This document shows positions 58,727-64,000 of a stretch of DNA of 64,000 bases, in pieces (the first letter of the stretch is position 1; the number at the start of each line of letters is the position of its first letter). The stretch is taken from positions 85,064,001-85,128,000 of the forward strand of contig OX597825.1 in assembly GCA_951406725.2 (NCBI GenBank). The letters run 5' to 3'. The notes beneath the pieces were generated by a model, which was not told the origin of the DNA, ran no database searches, and saw only the letters and a program-made list of their open reading frames with translations. The position numbers and the translations under genes are program-made. Source of the stretch: Octopus vulgaris. Lineage: Eukaryota.

Positions 58727-59366
58727 TATGTATGTATATATATATATGTATATATATACATATATATATATTTATATATATATATATTTATATTTATTTA
58801 TATATATATATGTGTGTGTGTATGAATGTATGTATGTATATATATATGTGTGTATGTATGTATGGATGTATAACATATATGTGTGTGTGCTCGTGAATGT
58901 GTAGTATATGTATATTTTGCCATGTTATGTTATATCTATTAGTTCTATATTGAATTGACATATCTGATATAGTACTCATATATAATTTACACATTACACT
59001 TCTGTAACTCACATATTAATTTTTGTTCAATATTTTCCCACTTATAATGCAATGCTTTTTATCAACACTTATATTGAAGTAGCTCGAATCAGACTTACGC
59101 ATCATTTGTACAAGGTAGACATCTTGAATTTAAAGCGATTTTGTTTTAAAACCAACATACATTCTAATAGCACAAATGAAACCTCTAGATGCATTTAAGA
59201 AGAAATAAAAATAAATGTAAAATTTTATTGAGGTTTCCTAAGTGGTGTTTTTATCGCAGACATCTTTGCCACACACACACAGATTCCATAGAGGCCATAC
59301 ATGTACACAAATGTATTCAGTATGTCGAATTTTTTCTGTGTGTAAATACATCGATACATATGTGGA

Positions 59367-59400
<34 letters not shown>

Positions 59401-59689
59401 GTATCACTGTACACATACGCACACATTTATATACGCACGCATAGATACGTGTATGTATATATGTTGTGTATGTATGTATATGCGCATGTGAGGCGCAAAG
59501 TGAACTAGCAGTCTGAGAAAATACCTCACAATTCCGTACCAGTACTTTTGATCTAATTTGAAATCCGGCTGAGACTTACAGGAGGGCGTGGGGTTGGGAG
59601 AAAACTATATGAGAAACATCCAGAGAACTCGGTATATCTGCCTTCTGATTGTAAAACCCCAGCAACACCGGCACCAAACTGTTATCAGG

Positions 59690-60240
59690 TTCTGTATTAA
59701 CACACAGTTGGTGATCTTCGGGAGAATCATTTATTTAGTCTAGTGTCACGAAGACGAACTTTCTGGGGACGGATTCATAACCTTGCATGACAACGAAAGC
59801 GTTGAGAGTTATCTAGGCACATACGTCCAATACGATACATCGATGTAACTGGGTGAAGGACAGACAGTCATTTACCGTTAAGTGACCAGTGACGGCACGG
59901 AAGTTAAGAACATCAAGATCAGATGGCTTATAACCATAGCACCCACGACTCCCCATAACTGCCCTCAACTCTCGAAAGATAACTTGAGACTGTAGATAGG
60001 CCTCTTTCTGGATTCGTTCGAGGACAGTTTCGTGACTGCGATGTTAGAAGACCATAAGCTTTTCGAATGATAATCGATAAACATGAATTGCCCGCCCACG
60101 TATGAGTTAGAAATGATATTTAATTGTTTTGCACACGATCGGATTGTAAAATCATCGGCCCCGTGAGTTTCTCGGCGATTATTTGCCCTCTGGTAAATAA
60201 TCGTTCATGATCAGAATTTATTGGACCACCTCACTCGTAC
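59690..60240 (+). mobile_element. Possible decayed L1/Tx1 apurinic endonuclease region
   Basis: GC-richer stretch; IRWLITIAP (compare FRLIxVYAP) in plausible spacing; many stops. Confidence 0.3.
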
Positions 60241-60450
60241 TTACACCCTCTTATCGGAGAAAATCTCAGTTTTTTTTTGTGGCCACAGATCGGATATGTA
60301 GACAATTGTCAATGAAATATGTGTCAGTAATATTATGGGCCACAGCCCACCGTATATTTGATTTCTTGCTCTCTAAAGTATGTTCATAATAAACGATGCA
60401 TCCTGCTTAATTCAAACACACAAATATACGTATGCACATACATACACTCA

Positions 60451-60708
60451 AAAGGTAAAGTAAAGCTACATTCGCGAGTCCTGCTGACTCGTGAGGGCCG
60501 GTTTCCCGGTTTCATGGCGTATAGATTCCCCACGTAAAGGGGACGTCGGCCCGTCGTAGAGTTGCTCCTTTTTGGCAGTTCAGTAGACTGTGGCAACGTG
60601 AAATGAAGGGTTTTGTTCAAGAACACACTGCGTCGTTCAGTCCAGAAATCGAAACTACAATCTTACTAATGATGAGGCCAACGCGTTAACCACTAAGCCA
60701 CGGGTCTC
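60451..60708 (-). mobile_element. SINE C-related copy, tail type 3
   Basis: gcaacgtgaaatgaagggttttgttcaagaacaca...taaccactaagccacg with a distinct tail. Confidence 0.75.
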
Positions 60709-60884
60709 AACACACATATATATGCACACACAGAAAAACATATATGGGCACCCACGCGTGTGTGTGTGGGTGTGTGTATGCACTTTGTGTATTCCTGTGA
60801 TTGCGAGAGCATAGTTTACTTCTACATACAATGATGCAATACATATATATATATATGTGTATGTGTGTGTATGTATATACATAT

Positions 60885-60969
<85 letters not shown>

Positions 60970-61833
60970 GTATACGTATATATATACATATATATACGTA
61001 TATATATGTATATATATACATATATATACGTATATATATGTATATATATATTTATATACACATATATACACATACATATACATATTTACACAAACATATA
61101 CACACACACAAATAGACAAATTTATATATTTACATACATGCACGCGTACATGCGTGTATATACACAGCTGTATAAATAATGGAATGACATATACACATAT
61201 ACACACATAAATATATACATATATACACACATTTTTGGTTACGTCTACTGATATGGGATATAAATAATAACAAAATTGCGCTTAACAGATAAGTCGACCG
61301 AGATATCTTGGTATGTGTATGTATGTGCGTGAATGTGTGTGTAGGTATTATGTATGGGTATGTATATAAACATGTCTGTGTAGATATGTACGTTTATGAG
61401 GTAGCCGTATCTTGGCCTGTATACTTTGAAAGTGAGTGTATGTATCTGTGTCCACACATGGATTCGCAGTTTACTGATACGTGTGTAGAAATATTACGTC
61501 TAGATATCTTGGTATGCATTTGTATATATATATATGAAACACTAATATCTACCAGTAATTTTTATATTTGTTAATTACCATCTTTAATTGTGTAATTTAT
61601 GTTTGAATGTTTCTAAAGAATTCAGGAAGCTCGTTCAGAAAGAGAATTAGAGGCGATAATCTTTACTTGAAATTTTATCACAAAAATTAGTAGAATGATT
61701 TATATATGAGTGTGTATGGCATCCATCTACCTTCTCTTCTCTACTTCGTTCCTCTTCCTTTCATATCCGCCTCTCCTTCCTCTCTCCGCTTAGTCTTTCC
61801 GCACTCTCCCTGTCTCTCTTTTGATATATATAC

Positions 61834-61900
<67 letters not shown>

Positions 61901-62028
61901 TACAAATATCAATATATTCGTGTGTATGACGTTATCTCATAATGTTCTGTTTTATATGTGCGTGTATATGTATAAATATCTATGTGTTAATATAATACAC
62001 ACATAGATCTATATCTACTGCGTATGCA

Positions 62029-62070
<42 letters not shown>

Positions 62071-62449
62071 TATATATGTTTCGCTGTACGTATGTATATG
62101 TAAGTATGTGTATATATATGTTTGTGTGTGGGTGTATATATCAATATGTGTGCATCACAATCTTCGAAACAATGGCAGCATTATCTTTGCAGGTGTTATG
62201 GCAATGAATTACAGATGATTATGATTATTACCGTATCATTCTTTGAGAAATCGCTAACAATGCCATGGGTCTGTTGAATGTTTAACAGAAATCAATGATT
62301 AAGTTGAAAGAAAGCCAGGAAGAATAGCAACTAAGATTAAATTCTATTAACAGACTAATTCTTATACATTCACTCTCTTACCGATTCCAAACATTTTTTC
62401 CCCTTATGCACATCAATATACATACGTACGTACAAACATATTTTTTATC

Positions 62450-62640
62450 TGTTATTTATTTATCATTAGACTACGGCCATTCTGGTGCAACGCCTTGGAA
62501 AATGTTAGTCGAACGAATCTATGCCACTGCTTACTTAATTTAAGCCAAGTCCTATTTTTATCAGTCTTTGGCCGATCCGCTAAGTTAAGGGGTGTGACCA
62601 CGCCAACATGGTTTGTGAAGCGGGGATAGAGGACAAACAT
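62450..62640 (-). mobile_element. SINE D 3' half
   Basis: gtctttggccgatccgctaagttaaggg... Confidence 0.65.
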
Positions 62641-62848
62641 AGACACATACAAACAGACACACACACACACCATATGTGTGTTTGTGTATGTGTATACATA
62701 CATACATACATACATATACATATATATATATATATATATTGTTGTATTTCGGGATGGTCTTTTTTTTGCCAAATAAACACACGCACTGTATAGTTTTTCT
62801 TCACTCGTTTATTACTGTTCTTATTTCAATATTTTAACTCATGTACAT

Positions 62849-62893
62849 TGTCCGGAAATCTTTCGTCTCGCATCTGTGACCTTTTCAGCGACA
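62849..62893 (-). ncRNA. Degenerate HHR-like motif
   Basis: Reverse complement tgtcg-CTGAAAA-ggtcacagatgcgagac-GAAA-gatt-tc-cggaca. Confidence 0.4.
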
Positions 62894-62947
62894 CTTTTCG
62901 TTTTCGCGCATGCTCTTGCTCCACTTACTCCATTCTGTCAGAATTAA

Positions 62948-63133
62948 GGCGGCAAGCTAGCAGAAACGTTAGCACGCCGGGTGAAATGCCTAGCGGTATT
63001 TTGTCTGCCGCTACGTTCTGAGTTCAAATTCCGCCGAGGTCGATTTTGCCTTTCATCCTTTCGGGGTCGATAAATAAAGTACCAGTTACGCACTGGGGTC
63101 GATATAATCGACTTAATTCGTTTGTCTTTCCTT
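62948..63133 (+). mobile_element. SINE A copy, young-looking
   Basis: ggcggcaagctagcagaaacgttagcacgccggg...gcctttcatcctttcggggtcgataaataaagtaccag. Confidence 0.92.
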
Positions 63134-64000
63134 CAGGTTCCATCAGTGAATGTTTGAAATGTTTGGCAAACGTAGTAGGGGATTTTTTTTTGCAACATGA
63201 ATAACTGACACCGATTGAAAAAATACCATAAATAACAACTAGAATTTTTAGAACAGGTAACAAATGGTTTTCCTTATTGCAGTTCACGAACTGCGATCAC
63301 CTGATAATTAGTTTTCTCAATTGAGCCGTTGTGTTATAGAATTTAATTATTTCGCTTTTGTACAGAGAATTATTCTACCATGTGAAACGAATTAACGAGA
63401 AGCTCAATAAAACGAACGCTAATATGTTGTTAAAGCTAATATATTGAAATATAAATAATTATGGTTCCACACAGAGTTCAATTTGAATTAGCCATGAATG
63501 CTAGGTGGATCAAATTATTTGGTGTAAACTAATTATACGTGAGAGAAGACGCGAAGCGAAGTTCCTAGTTCACGTTCCCTAGATGTTATTTATACATAAA
63601 TACAAATATATACATACGTACGTATATGACCACAGACATGTTGGCATAGAGTACTATTCATTAACCCAGATAAAGAATACTATCCCTTATAATGTTTGTC
63701 GTTGATGCAAGCGTGGAGAAAGAAATGGTTATTTTATTTGAGAAAATGTAAAGAAGCAAACTTTTATTTTATTTCTTTTAGAAAAGATCTTAGCAATAAA
63801 TATACGGTGAAATACAAACCACGTAGATATTCATTATGCATACAAAATGGCTACGAAACAGCCTAGACTCAGCTGTGACAGATCACGGAACCATCGAGTA
63901 GAATTCCAGTGGAGATTTTGAACTAAACCAAGACCCATACCAATTCGACAGAAAGGCTAAGGAAGAACTCTCGGTAGGCTGCATGAAGAGACTTAAAGAA

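Overview
AT-rich, microsatellite-saturated eukaryotic non-coding DNA (intergenic or intronic). The dense (TA)n/(GATA)n/(CA)n arrays and the tRNA-derived SINE families resemble octopus (cephalopod) genomic DNA; this is my recognition and is not verified. I find no intact host gene, and nearly all ORFs in the track are microsatellite artefacts. The window holds four or more SINE families, decayed LINE remnants (R4/Dong-like, CR1-like, probable RTE and L1/Tx1), a Tc1/mariner-type remnant and a hAT-type MITE with an 8-bp TSD. The most notable signal is a set of short, sequence-unrelated elements lodged in (TA)n tracts. They carry minimal type I hammerhead-ribozyme (HHR) motifs with palindromic stem III, and several are built as asymmetric fold-backs (inverted arm + direct arm + tail), for example 13882-14217, 22358-22860 and 51201-51660. 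This resembles Penelope-like pseudo-LTR remnants or non-autonomous ribozyme retroelements. Coordinates were read by eye and may be off by a few bases.
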